Positions 49,101 through 62,100 of a DNA stretch of 64,000 nt are shown here, one piece after another (position 1 is the stretch's first letter; the number at the start of each line of letters is the position of its first letter). The position numbers and the translations under genes are program-made. This DNA is from Phoronis australis (taxonomy: Eukaryota > Animalia > Phoronida): assembly GCA_002633005.1 (NCBI GenBank), contig NMRA01000001.1, forward strand, positions 2,024,933 to 2,088,932. The letters are read 5' to 3'. Below the pieces are notes generated by a model. It saw only the letters and a program-made list of their open reading frames with translations. It searched no databases and was not told the origin of the DNA.

Positions 49101-52100
49101 GGATTCAGAAAATGTATCCTTTTAAAGATTGAACAAGGAAGGTATGAAGATATTTAATGAAACATGCAAAGTTTGAAAAATTGACAAGTGCAATTAATAA
49201 ACAAAACAAGAGTTTACCTCAATCGAACCTTGCAATATGCTGATGATGTCACCACGGCCCTTTGCGTATGCAATGTCCACTGGTGTTCTGTTAAACTGTA
49301 AATTTACACGAGAGAGCTGATAACATAAAATGGCAACACACAAAATTTTTTGAAAATTTTTTAACAGGGCCAATGCTTTTGTACATGAAGAAATTGCAAT
49401 CACAAAATAAGAAATGTAAATAAACCATAAGGCATTCTCTTCACAATCCTAAAATTCAACCTTTCCATTAGACTAATTTTTTACTGAGGCACAAAAAGAA
49501 CCTTGTCATAAGTAAAAACATTTTTTTTTTCAATTAAACAACAAGATGAACATTATACCTTGTTTCCCTAAAAAATAATACATTTTAATCAAAGCAATAG
49601 ATTTAGACTGGATATCAGGTTAACTCCCGTCTCATTGGCACCCTGCTTGCAACAAAATCTATAGAATAGAACTCTAATATATCACCGTTATTATCTACTG
49701 AATCTAAAATGTCTGCAAACCTTGTCCACACAGTCGAGGTCAGCGCCATGACAAACCAAGAGACTAGCAACAGATGTGTGACCCTTCTCACAGGCCCAGT
49801 GGAGTGGTGTCATTTTCAGCTGAAACACGTATTCCACAATTGTAACAGTAATGGCGTCACACCTGCATTTCAGTTGCAGAAGCGCCGTACTTAGTCACTG
49901 CAATTGATAACTAACTGGGACACAAGTCATGAAGAGCATGCTATTCCCTCCCCCCCCCCCATATCAGGAGACATCATTACCGAGCAGAGTTTCAATTAAA
50001 ATTATACTGAACACTATATAAGTGGATCAAGAAAGGAAGATAACGCATGAAACAGTGTATTAAAGGAAAATATAAGCTTTACGGCCGAAAAATGCCTTTT
50101 GGGTTTATTGTTGTATGGTATGGACGTCTTGAAATTATTACCTTTGACAGGAACTATAAAACAACCAAATTCGTTCTTTTTATGATTTCAATACAAATCG
50201 CTTATTCTCCGTTATCTGGAAGACATTTACTAAAATCAAGGCGGGTGACTTTACCAGTTATGTATGCACAAGATACTCTGCTACTTCTCGAGTGGGATTT
50301 AGTTACGCCAGAAGTGAGGTAAACTGCAAACGTAGGGGTTGCAGTTTCAATTCCCTTTTCTCTCCGTTAATGTCCATTTACGTCAAAAAGTAACACCTAA
50401 GTTCCGTTCCCACTACAGTAAATAAAACCACAGAAAAGTAATTTTTTGTGACCGCAGTAAAATTGAAATAAAAATTTTGAGACTCACATTCAGTGAAACC
50501 GCATGTCCAAAGGTAATAGCCATAATACCTAAACAGCACTCAGCATAATTTGGTAGTAGCCCTTCGTTTACAAAAACTGCCTTAAAGACACGACTAGACT
50601 TTTTGTTAGCAAGCTTGATACTGGAACAGTCTCCTTTCTTCTGGTGTGCAGGAATGAAGTAAGAGATCGAGAGACACAACAAACAAACAAACAAACAAAC
50701 AAATACAAACAGTAGCTATATTTTGTGACTTCATGTCACATCATCAGGCAATGAGTGGAATGAACATATACAGAGAAAAGAAGCAGTGAAATACACGTGA
50801 CAGCAGGAAGAGGGGCATACAAGCAGAGAGTGTGAATGCAAAACACTGCAGGAAGACCGCAACCCTATCGAAACAGAGCCAGCCACACCTGTAAGGGCTG
50901 TTCCAGTAAAATCCGTGTGGGAGGGGGGGGGACGGCAGTAGAAATAAAAATTCATGGGTGGTGGTCTTTAGAAAAAAACTCAAATTATGGGTGGTCGTTC
51001 CTGTAAGAAGTGATGCATTAAAAATGGGTGGTATTTTTTGACCTGTTAATGTTGATAGTTTGGTTACTCCAGCTGTTAAAACTAAAAACAAAATGCAATT
51101 GGCAAATATCCTAACTTATCCCTGAACAAAAAAGCCCATATTGCCAGTGAACAGAGTGCAATGTGTTCACTAAGCCATTAATCAAGTCATGGGCAACTTG
51201 ATTTGAGCCAACTGTTTGTCTGCAGTCCTATTGAATTGAAAATATGCAACACTAAACTGGTGTTAACACATATAAGAAAATTGATGATTTTTAAATAAAA
51301 AGTATGAGGAGTAAGATAAACAAGTTCCAATATTCACTTGACATAGAAGTATAAAAGAGTTCGTGGAGACAGTTTGAGATTCATAGATCCTTATAATTGA
51401 AAAAATGTTCATTGAAATTATAGACACATGGTGAACAGAGACACCTGGTGGCTGCCAAAAGTATTGCTCACAGCTACTTTAGTTTTTGACAATATTGGAC
51501 AAGACAACTAGTTCTTGTCTGTCAATCATCTAAGTTGTTAACAGGTCCTCCTGGAGGCAATTTGTTTGCAAGTGTTGGATTTTATATTTTATCCTATCAA
51601 AAATAATTAAAAAATTGTGGGTCATGGGTTGGAGAAATAAATGAAAAATATGGGCGGTGGGTACGAAATAAAAGTGCCTTCCCCCCCCCTCCCATACAGA
51701 TTTTGCTGGAACAGCCCTAAGCTGTTCAGTCAACACAAATTTTTCGTGACTGATCAAAAGCAGTTCCAAAATCGTTAGCCGAAATAGGTCATTTTCAACA
51801 TAGAAAATGATGGTATTGTCTACTATTTCTTGCCTAGTTATTTTTCAGCCATGTTGGTGTACAAAGTGAGTTTGAATGGACCCCCCCCTGCAAGTGCATG
51901 GACAACCGTCGCGAGACAGAACACACCGTATGTCCAATGTAACGCTGTTCACAAGAATGAGGACAAAGACATTCGTCCATATGACATGCAAACTGGTAAA
52001 CAACATTACATTAGACCACTGGTCGTAGTCTTTCACGGCTGGGGTTGTTTGTCATAAGGTGACGAGACTTTATATTCTGATAATAACTGACTACATTCAA

Positions 52101-53255
52101 ACTATCACCAGGTTTGACTACCTTAACATTATCCCTAACAATCTTCTTAACCACATGTTCATAGATAATTGTTAGACATACACAATTCTTAGTGGTAAAA
52201 GTTCTAGGTTCAGTGTCTACATGGGAGTCGATCCTGGATATGAAAGACCTAATATGGTTGTCAACAAAAGAATTAGAATAACCATTGTTATATCTTTCGG
52301 TCTTTTACTTCATATTTGCCCACCAGAAGAAAGGAGATTGTTCTGAAATTCCGAACGTACCAGTACCAAGCTCGCTAACAAAAAGTCTAGTCCTGTCTTT
52401 AACGAAGTTTGAGTAAACAGTACTCAATATAAGTTTAACCAATGATGACTTTCATTCAGGTAAAGATACTGATTTTATATTTTTTGACAGATTTATAACA
52501 AGAACAGATAAAACAACAAAATAACCCAGTGAAAAAACATCTGTGGAATAACGTCAATCCTAAACGGTATTTTACAAATCACAGCAAATTTTAACATTTT
52601 AAGATTTAAGTAAGATTTCATTTTCCTACCATGTCTTTTGCGTCTACATCTGCAGAGTAGTTCAACAACAGTTCTACGATGTTCACATGACCCTCTTGTG
52701 AAGCTGCATGCAGTGGTGTGCGATCCACCTTGGTGCGGGCGTCCCTGCTGATGCCTGCACGCAACAAGACCTCCGCCGTGCCAATGTGGCCTGAACGGGA
52801 GCCAAAGTGAAGAGGAGACGTTCCTAGCTGAAATTGAACAAAATAAAACCAAATTCCAATTCAGGTTTTTGTAAAGAGTGATCAAAATAGATTCGTCTGC
52901 AGTTGTTAGTGGACAATATGACAAATTAGTCTTTGCCCAAGGAAAGAAGTTTCCAACACTAAAGCGCTGGTCCATTAAAGTTAACTTATTTGCAGTCTGC
53001 TAGTGCAATACAGCTTAAGTGTCCTGTTTAAAGGCACAGCCATATGACAGCAGAAGCCAGTAGTCAAATTAAAGGCCGAAATGGTTGATAAAATGGAAAT
53101 ATCGAGCTCTTTTCCAACCTAACAACCAATTTCAGACAACTACATACCCAGTCAGTTGTGAATGGCGCACCACTTGCCATCAAAGCCCGTACCTCCTCAG
53201 TGTTACCAGTTTTAGCAGCATCCAACAGCTTTTTACCCAAGTCCAGTAGAGACAT
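43172..53255 (-). CDS. GABPB1: GA-binding protein subunit beta (ankyrin-repeat partner of the ETS factor GABPA), 398 aa
   Basis: Exons on minus strand: 53255-53148, 52827-52630, 49819-49721, 49295-49218, 48671-48548, 47324-47220, 46138-46019, 45017-44929, 44610-44547, 44046-43970, 43306-43172; total 1197 nt. Diagnostic sequence [65 protein letters not shown], plus the conserved [12 protein letters not shown] motif. The distal exons are less certain. Invertebrate pro-orthologue of GABPB1/GABPB2. Confidence 0.93.
43830..43878. repeat. (ATA/ATG)n trinucleotide microsatellite
   Basis: ataataataacaataataataatgatgataatgataat seen directly. Confidence 0.85.
45411..45892. mobile_element. TTAA-inserted non-autonomous DNA transposon with AG...CT termini (Kolobok-like)
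   Basis: TTAA|agaggcatggaatgcaaaaac ... gtttttcacgttctatgtcact|TTAA; degenerate TIRs of about 20 bp. Confidence 0.5.
50290..50710 (+). mobile_element. SINE-like element with (AAAC)n tail; related inverted fragment at 52293-52402 and a short fragment at 47417-47440
   Basis: B-box-like gtttcaattcc (~50344) and (aaac)n tail at 50678-50710. Segment 50582-50674 matches the reverse complement of 52293-52402. Confidence 0.55.
50895..51717. mobile_element. PIF/Harbinger-type (Tourist-like) MITE, 823 bp
   Basis: TIRs of about 40 bp: gggctgttccagtaaaatccgtgtgggaggggg and ccccctcccatacagattttgctggaacagccc. TAA TSD at 50892-50894 and 51718-51720. Confidence 0.85.
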
Positions 53256-55249
53256 TGTACTAGAACTGAAAATATATACATTGTAATATTAGATAGTTTA
53301 ATATGGGACTTTTAACAGTGGTTGAATGGTTTATGGCGTTCCATAGGTATGGTCTTCAAGAGATCACTGATGGCAAAAACGACAAAGAGTTAAAAACTAA
53401 ATGATTCATATATATATATATATATGCAGGGTTGGTGTCAACACCCTCCCTATCAATGAAAAATGCAATGAAATTGAAAAGTACAAATTTTCATTCCGTG
53501 AGGCGCAATAAATTTCTTGATGAAAAAAACCCAAGCTAATTCATATTTTGTTCATTTTTGCACCTACTTAGTTTTACAACTTCGTAAGTTCCAATTTTTT
53601 ACGCCAAGTTCACGAGGGCCCTCTTTATTTCGCCTTCCTCACCTAGTACGATGCAGACGATTGATGCAAATGAGATGAAAACTCCAGTGATTTTATTGGT
53701 CAACCCAGTCTCGCGAAACTTCACACATAGTGACAAAGTGATAATTCACAAGACTAATAATAGTCATTCGGCAAGACTCTCGAGTGTGTAGGTTGTATGC
53801 TAGAACTAAAATGAAATGTGTACCCATTTGTTTTCAAAAAGTATATTTTGGATTCGTAAGTTATCATTTTCTTGATACTATAAAAAATAAGTAGCGCAAG
53901 TTTGCACGCAGATTTTACCACAGTCTTTTGATTGCTGTACATCATAGCAGATGATATGAATATCAGGGACTCCGAATGTACACGCCTGACAGCACTATTA
54001 TGTTCAGATTGGTAACATAAAAACATATTTGTGAACTTAATAATTATTCGTTTATTGTTCTTCCTTTGCTACGACATTTGTATAACAATATCTTCTCATG
54101 GTGATAGTGTTGTTTTTTGCATTTTTATAGCTATGATAGGAATTTCAAACAGGACGAACACAGGGACTAAAACAATTTGTCCTTGGGACTCAGTGGCAAA
54201 CCTGATATTAAACCTGCATTTCATCTTAGAAGCTGGTCTCAACATGTTCGTTACGGGAACTGGTGTCTGGGTTTGCAAAGAACTGACAGTACGAATATCT
54301 TACAAGCGTGCTCGACACATAAAGTGACCCGCTGTGACAAGCCAACTTATAGAGAGTTGGTCTGCAACAATAAACAAATGTGAATTCTTTCAAAGTCCTG
54401 AAATTACTATGAATTTGAATAAGGCAAAATTTGAGACCAATTTCACAACAGTAAGTGGTCTAAATCAATACTTGGTTTACAGCGGCTTTAAGTCTTGAAG
54501 TATTGCTGCAGTTCTGACATACCTATAGTGTTCTATTTAGTTTTCTGTTTAAATGTATTGTTCAGTTATTTTATTTAAATCTGATATTATCACGTGACTT
54601 ACGGTTGTATTGACCAATTAAGCCTCTCTACTAACTAACTAGGCAATGGGGAATAGCCCCTTAGCCAATCACTGTGAATGCTAGACTCCGCTTCATGGAG
54701 TCACTGGTTTGACTCCAAGCTAGCTAAACCAAAAAAGTATATAGACGACTTTCATGTAACACTGGTGCTCAACTAAGGTGGTACGCATGAAAATCTGAGA
54801 TGCATTTAAAGCAACCAGGTGGCAGATGAAAATGGTGCCAGCCTGGTGATGGTGGATGCGGAACACAGGAGAAGAATTGTCGAGGCCAAGGGCAAGGGCA
54901 AGGGCAAATTCCAGGGCATCCTTAGAAGATCTGAAACAGTGCAGCATGCTTGCGGCCTGTTTCTGCAGAAGGGGGGGAGTTGTGTCACATGACTTCTTAT
55001 TGTATCGTGCTATAAAGACCTTACTAAATTGTCTCTTGCCCCACAGGTTTGGACGCTAAACTCTGTCTCTGGTTTATGCCAGGGACCGCTGGGATGAACG
55101 AAGAAAAGTAAATCAGTAACAGCAAACATAAGTTGAATCAATAATTCTGCTTGAATTTTTAGTTTAGGAAGCACATCAGGAGTATGAACAAAATAAAACA
55201 TATTGACAGTCCAAGAAAATTTGTCAAATTGCTTGAAAGGTAAAATTCA

Positions 55250-55740
55250 CCGCCATTTTTGCCCAAGAACGAGCGGAAGTTACATGTGACAAGGAACTTT
55301 TCACACTTTTTCGGTAATAGACGAAACTAATGTAACCTTTTATTGACTCACATAGCTTAAAGAGACGACTGTGTAACTGAAGAAATTTACCTCAGAAAGG
55401 TACTAGCAAAACCAGTTCAGGAAAACGGCATTAAACACATGAAAACCTAAGTTCTTGAAACCGGATGTATATTTGTTGTTCCGGAAGCTAACGCCGAACT
55501 ATTTTCCAGACTATTGTTATTCTTCCGCGTTTGTAATTGAATGGACAGAATACTGTTCTTCATCTTTTTGACGTATAAAAATAATTAATCCTATAAAAAC
55601 AACATTTAACGCTTGGAAACCAGTCTACTTTTAAAATATGTTTAGAATTACTTTTATACTTGGAGTAGAAGGAAACGATCACGGTCGTCTACTCACGTGA
55701 CTTTCCAGTATTTCCGTTTACGCATGCGTACTATGGTAAA
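55250..55740. promoter_or_regulatory. Probable bidirectional promoter of GABPB (-) and TLNRD1 (+)
   Basis: ETS cores gcggaagt (55273), accggatgt (55460), ttccggaagc (55479) and cttccgc (55522). E-box tcacgtgac (55693). NRF1-like palindrome tacgcatgcgta (55719-55730). YY1-like cgccatttt (55251). Minus-strand donor-like site GAG|GTAAAT at 55391/55390. Confidence 0.6.
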
Positions 55741-56049
55741 ACTTAGTGTGACCACACCTATTGTGTTCGCAGATCGTAGCTTGTCGCTGTATTTTGCACG
55801 CTTTATTAGATATTATTTTTTATTTGAGTGCGTAGAAATGTGCAAAAATAATCTGACTACCAGATCGTTTAATTTTTTCTGCTCGTTAAAAACTTTATCA
55901 TGACTTTTCGAGCAGTCGAAACGACCCCGGTCAGATTTTCCTGTCGACTCGTGCCGTCTGCTTCAATGCAACCGTCGTGACTAGTCATTGCCAAGGAACA
56001 GGATGTGTAGTTGACCGTGTACCGACCGTGGCTTTACTCCAATGTTGTT

Positions 56050-59000
56050 ATGGTGTGTAAGGACAGTGAAAAGGTTGTAATGTCCACTACCTTTACAAGG
56101 GACGTGGTTTCGACTTGTGATCGCTCAATATCCAAAATGCAAGCGATTGCAGAACTCTTGTTATTGACCACCGATCTACGACCGGTAACCACAGACACTT
56201 TATCAGTATTCCGGGAGTCCTACACAAGCTGTAGAGACACAATTATAGCTCGTATAGGCGGCCTCAAAGTTCTTTCGAGAGATATAGACTTATACTTTCA
56301 AATGGTTCCACCGAGGTGGCCTGAGATTGTAAGTTGTATCACAGACATGTGTGAACTTGTCGTTGGATTTATTGAGTGTTGCAGTCACGCAGTGTATTTA
56401 TTTGGAATAAGTTACCCACAGTGCAGCCCAGCGCAACTTGGTATTGTTGATCGCTACAAGATTTGTCGTGCCAACATAGAAATCAAATTATGCTGTGATA
56501 GACTACACCATGCTTCCCGGACTTCTCCATTGGGGCAGTTGTCAAACATTTGTTCGGAAATGTCGAAACATCTAAGCGAGCTGACCGAATGTTGCCAGAA
56601 TGCCAGTGAACGCATTAGCTCTAGCCAGAGTCAAGATCAGTTCAAACTCTGTTTCAAGAGCATCACGTCAAGTGCAAGTTCATTAATGACTTGTATTAAA
56701 ACGTACGGCATGCTACCAACAGAGGAGAACCACCACATTGTGCTCGCGTTTGCCGAGGCTGTCATGGCCACGTGCAATGCTATGGTGACATTTGCAGCTG
56801 GTGATGACTATACTGGCATACGGGCTTTGTTTACGACTGAAGTCCGTGACATTCAGGCTGATATTTTAGGTATAAATGTTTTGCTTCATTTAAGTATCAG
56901 GGCTTGACATTAACCATCATCTGTGAAACTGATAGTTGACCAGGGGCGGATCTGCAAATTCATTGACTGGAAGCTTATTAAACCAGCCGCGTCATTTCGT
57001 TGCACCGTCAATAGTTTTTGGTCGTGCATCCCGAGGGGGGCTTAAAACCCTTCCTGATCAACTCATCGTTTTATTAATTTGACAGGCATTGCAGAATTAA
57101 AAGTATGATAGAAATTCTTCAGTGTGGAACAAAAATAATTGCTAAAATTACTATATGTTCTATTTTTCAGAGTCTTACAACATGGTTGCAAATTTTCAAA
57201 CTTTTGTCAAATCTTGTTTGGTAATAGTTATGCCATTCAAATCATGATAAAATCAAAGTAAATTTTTGTGAAATGTAAATTATTTTTTTGAGTAATTAAG
57301 CAAATAAAATTTCACATGTTCGCCAGTGTGTTCCAAACTGAAGAATTTTTACCACACACAATGCTTGAGGTTTATTTGTGATGTGTCAGAGGTTTATCAT
57401 GCTCAAAAAGCATTCCACAGACTCTGAACTCATCTCTGCTGTAGGAGTGTGGTTGGAGTTCAGGTTCCATGGTGTTTTTTGTGCACCGCAAGAGTCTTGT
57501 GGTGTGTGGTAAGGGTGGGCATGTGGTAAAGAGTCGCATGGTTTGCACTGGGACCCATGATTTTAGCAATGGAAATGTAAAATTGTGCACTTCTGCTGTT
57601 TAGGTGATTTAGGTTAACAGTGCAGCCTCACGGAATTCTGAGTTCTTCTAAAAGCAGTTGCATTTATGAAGTTTTCAATCAAGTATGGAAATTTAAAAAA
57701 ATGGAAATTTTGAAAAAAAAAATGAAATTTTGAAGAAAAAAAAATGGAAATTTTGAAAAAATGGAAATTTTGAAAAAAAATTGGAATTTTTGAAAAAAAG
57801 AAATTTTGAAAAAAATTACTCAGAGCATTTTGGAAAATTGTATCTAAAGTGTTATTAGTTATCTGAAAGTTCCGTAAGAATCCAATCAGCCAGTTCTGAG
57901 ATGTTATGGACCTACATAACCTTATTGAGAATACAACTCCAAAGACTTTCAATTTTTATTCAACAAACAAGCAATATCTGAAAAAGAGTATTGAAGGGTG
58001 CCACAAATGTGTCTGCTTTAATTATGCTTATTCCTAAAAAGTTTCTGGTTTTACCTTGTCAACTGTGAAAGGTGGGTATCTTTATTTTCAAGCATCTCCC
58101 GTATTTAAAATGTAGTCAACTACAACAATAAGTCATTTTTTAGAGTTATACGAACATTTTTTCCTAAAAAGAGTGATTGGACTCTCTTCCCATGACACCT
58201 CAGATCCACCAGTGTTCAGTGTGAAGTTGCATCATACACACTATGCCAACAGTGACAAATAAATTTCCTCATAATTTCTTTTCTTGAGTTGGTTGACAAA
58301 ATTATGCTGTGTGATAAATTGGTGAATTTGATTTCAAACTTGTAGATGCAGGATGAATTGTGAACGGAAACTCTCGTTTTCCGTTTTATAAACCAGAACT
58401 TGGTTTTAGTGTACCTGTAATTTGTTATTGTTTTTTGTTTTGTAAATTAGCAAATTCGGATTTACTATTTTAAACTGATCAATTATTTAAAAATCATGTG
58501 GAATCTCTTTATTTTTTTTCTTCAAATATGTCACAACTCCATTTTAATGATAACTTACTGCATGCCATGTTTATTGTATCTCAAAACTGCTACCTTCAGA
58601 GAGCAATAACAAGCTTTTGAACATGTCTGCTGAAAAACAATCGGATTCTTTTGTGACCAGAATTTAATGGATTTTATTCTTATTTTTTGTAGTTGACAAC
58701 CAAAAATATTTGAATTATAGTATCTGCTATTCAAATTATGTATATTCCATTTGAAATCTCCAATTCTACTTAAGAGGTCACATTCTATGAAATCTGTCTT
58801 TCTGTCATTCCAGAAAACTAGTTGAATACTACTCGGCAACAATGATCTTTGTTATGTGGAGGGGACATTCATCTTTGTCCTATGTGAGTCTGTGTTAGAG
58901 TTGAACATTTCTGCTGATTCATTTCCTTGTATTGTGTTGGCTTATTGCAAAAAAATAATGGTTTTCATGTTATCTACATTGTCTTTTTCATTCCAGGTGC

Positions 59001-59175
59001 GTGTATGAGCGTTGTGTCATCTTGCAATCAACTGCTAAAGACAATCAAAGAGCTTGCCCGAGATGCAGGTAGTGAATCCTATCTACAAAAGCTTGCCCAG
59101 TGCATGGAGGCTATCGGCACTACATCTACCAGGTTATCAGATGCTCTGCAGCATTATGAAGTGAATGGCAGATGA
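56050..59175 (+). CDS. TLNRD1: Talin rod domain-containing protein 1 (MESDC1), about 332 aa
   Basis: Exons 56050-56869 and 58997-59175 with a phase-1 GT-AG intron. Motifs KMQAIAELLLL..CRDTIIAR..ECCSHAVYL..GIVDRYK..DQFKLCFKS..ILG/GACMSVVSSC match TLNRD1 as I recall it. The first in-frame ATG is 56050 (56080 is an alternative); the ORF-track start at 56011 is TTG. Confidence 0.9.
56941..58214. mobile_element. Larger, decayed member of the CAGGGGCGGAT TIR family in the TLNRD1 intron
   Basis: caggggcggatctg (56941) pairs imperfectly with cagatccaccagtg (58201-58214). TSD not preserved. Confidence 0.45.
57686..57817. repeat. AT-rich minisatellite, about 7 copies of an 18-21 bp unit (ggaaattttgaaaaaaaa)
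   Basis: Seen directly; it explains the Phe-rich spurious ORF 57614-57952. Confidence 0.85.
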
Positions 59176-62100
59176 CAAGAACCCAGACACCTGTGGATTG
59201 ACTGAAGTACTGTGCTTGTATTCAGTGACATTGCAACAAAAACAAATCAAGCTTGTGTACCTTTGGATCAGTAGGTGGAAGTTCAACTTGTGTTGACCCC
59301 AAAGTGCTCAGTGTGACATTGTTTATCGACACCCTTTTGATAAAATGCTTAGTGCAATCAAACCAGCACATTTTGCATTCACTCTGCTAAAATTGGTTAT
59401 GATAAAAATTCTTCAGTTTGTTCCAAAAGTAATTATTTTTGGATTCTACCGTAGCTTATAACATTGCTAAATATTTCAAAATTTTTCCAAATGTTTGGTG
59501 ATAGTTGTATCGTATAAACCATACTAAACGTAATTTTTGTTAAAAATTGTGCACCCTATTTGCACCATACTGAAGAATTTTTACCGTAGTCCTAGGTTTA
59601 AATTACATTTTGTTTCCCCAGATGTGAGACTGAGCACATATTGTATTCATGACAATAGAATTTTGATATTTGTAAAACCAAATCTCTTTTGGCAACAATA
59701 TTGCTTTGAAATTACTCGCACCAACTTATGGAATTGTACAATAACATTGTCTGTCTAAACAACACTTCTCAGTGGGCTGAAAGTGGAGTGAGTCAGGGAA
59801 AGGAAATTATCGCCATACAATTTTTTGTTCTAAAGTCATCTTCACATATGCGTTATACCTAAATAGATGAATTACCATCATGTTTTAATAAGCAGCAATG
59901 TTTTTGACCTGGGCCACCTCGGACACCACGGAAGGTGAGAGATTGATTTGTTGTATAGCTAGAACTATCAAAACCAAAGGAAGTTTAAACTCAATCAGTA
60001 TTACAGGACTTTGACAAACTGTTTGTTGTAAAGTTATCGTTGAACGGGATTTATTGTTATTGTACTCGGAGACGGAATGTGTTAGGGTAGTAATATGAAA
60101 CTTCCCAAGAGCTGACTATTGCGAAATACTCCAGCGCTACTCTTTAATTCGACACTGATGTTGCTCATCTGCCAGTCACTCATCTGTTACTTTCCTGTTG
60201 TTGAATTGGACAATCTGTTTTCATCAAATTCATTATCCTACTGGTCATTCTGATACCAACTAAGTGTTAATGTTTTCTAACGAATGCAATGCCAACATCA
60301 AGACTTTCGACAAACAGGACTAACATCTGTGACTCAATTCAGAAGTGGCTGACGTCCAAAAATTGAAGCAGTCACACAAAACCTTTTTCCTATGTCTGAG
60401 AATGAAGAGCGCGTTTTTCAAGACCACAGGAATAGTGCACCTAATGTAGCTGTGATTTCAGTGTCGTTGATCTTGGAAGTCATTGGGAAACTACAAGTTT
60501 GTAGATTTTTTCTTTTCTTATTTTAACAGGTGATACAGTTTGTTAATAAACTGTTGTAAATTGTTACTGTTTTAATGTTGAGTTTTGCTTGTTGAAGTTG
60601 GACTTTTCAGAAGTTGCCTCTTGTAGGGATGTTAAAGTGCAGGCATTGGAGTAGATGAATATTTACTAGTTTCTTCATCAAAGTGTTATTAACATTTTGA
60701 ATTTGCTTGAGTTTACACTGTGCAAATGGTGGCATGTTGTTGTGGCCTTTGTATAAGTTTTCTGTTCATTTTGATTTCACCTGATCATCACTGGAATAGA
60801 GTTCAATAACATTATCTTATCTAGGGTGATAAACAATTTCGAAGTTTCCAATGGTTCTCTAAATATTCTCTTATCTTAACAATTTCGCTATTGCCTTTAC
60901 TGAAGTTTCGTCTCAAGTTCTCTCTAGTCAGAAGATTTAAGGATCTCTTGTAGTCAGTGGAGTTTGCAGCTAGTGTGTTTCGAATATTACCGTAGTCAAT
61001 TTTTTTTCTCCAGTTCTTGCCATTGTTAAGTTGTGGGTGTTTTTATGAATTTACGTTTCTTAATCCCAATTAAGCTTCAGTGTATTGTCCCACTGGTTAC
61101 CTGAACCGTCATTTGTTTGAGGAATGACTGGTGTTGTGATGCTATTTTGTTTTGATTGAGTTGTCATTTGTTTGAGAATCTGGTCTCGGAATAAAATGTT
61201 TTCTGTATTCAATGAGAGCACAAAAATTTCTTTCTCTCCATGTATTTTACCTTTGATTTGAAATTACCACAGTTTGCAACTATGCGTGAAGGGGGACGAT
61301 TGTGAATTGGTTAAGATATCTGGGTGTCATGCATGTTTTTGTAATCATAATTCACGATTTAAAATTATTCCGGTAAATAGGATAAAATAATTTGCATTTT
61401 ATGTGTCTAGTATGATAATTTACGCCAATTTAACACACAATATGGTGACAAGTGAAATTTTGTCAATAAAAAAATTATAGGCTGTTGACAGCTTGGTTTG
61501 TACTGTGCAGATGCCATAAAAGATTGGGTAAATTTTCCAATATTTGCGTTGAAGTCATCAGAAAAAAAGGAATTGCAATTTTTGGGCGTGAGACGTGAAG
61601 AATTAGCACATCGCAGAGAAGTGCGTATTTTCATTGTTGCATGTATCGATTATTCATTCCATTTATTCACGACCTTGTGCGAAATTCTAATGTAAGCATT
61701 ATTTATGTTCCCGCATGTACAATTTGGTGGTTTCCCCTTGGAATTCATTTAACACTCGATTTGGGTGGAGTTCACCAGTACATGCATGGGCAATCAAGCA
61801 TAGTTTCCTGGGAAATAGATTGTTTTAGATCCCCATGAAACAACTTGCACTGCATTTTGATAATTGATACTTTTTACCGACTCTTTTAAACATAGTTTTC
61901 TGGGGGGAATGGCCGTTTTAGATCCTAATAACTTAACGTAAGCGTGTAAAAACGCTTTAATATGTTCGCGAAGTGTTTTCTTTTGGCCATAAATGCCCAA
62001 CTAGACTCAAAGCCCGTTGTTCTGACTGCTGTCGGCATCCTTACTAAAGAAAACAAAATTTAGTGTTGGCCAATGAGAAAGTTAGCTGCCTGTAAGGGTA

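Noticed and set aside
52493-52975. 160-aa minus-strand ORF
   Set aside because: Alternative frame overlapping the true GABPB exon 52827-52630.
56011-56049. N-terminal extension of TLNRD1 from the ORF-track start
   Set aside because: It begins at TTG, which is not a normal eukaryotic start; the first ATG is at 56050.
57614-57952. Phe-rich 112-aa ORF
   Set aside because: Translation of an AT-rich minisatellite inside the TLNRD1 intron.
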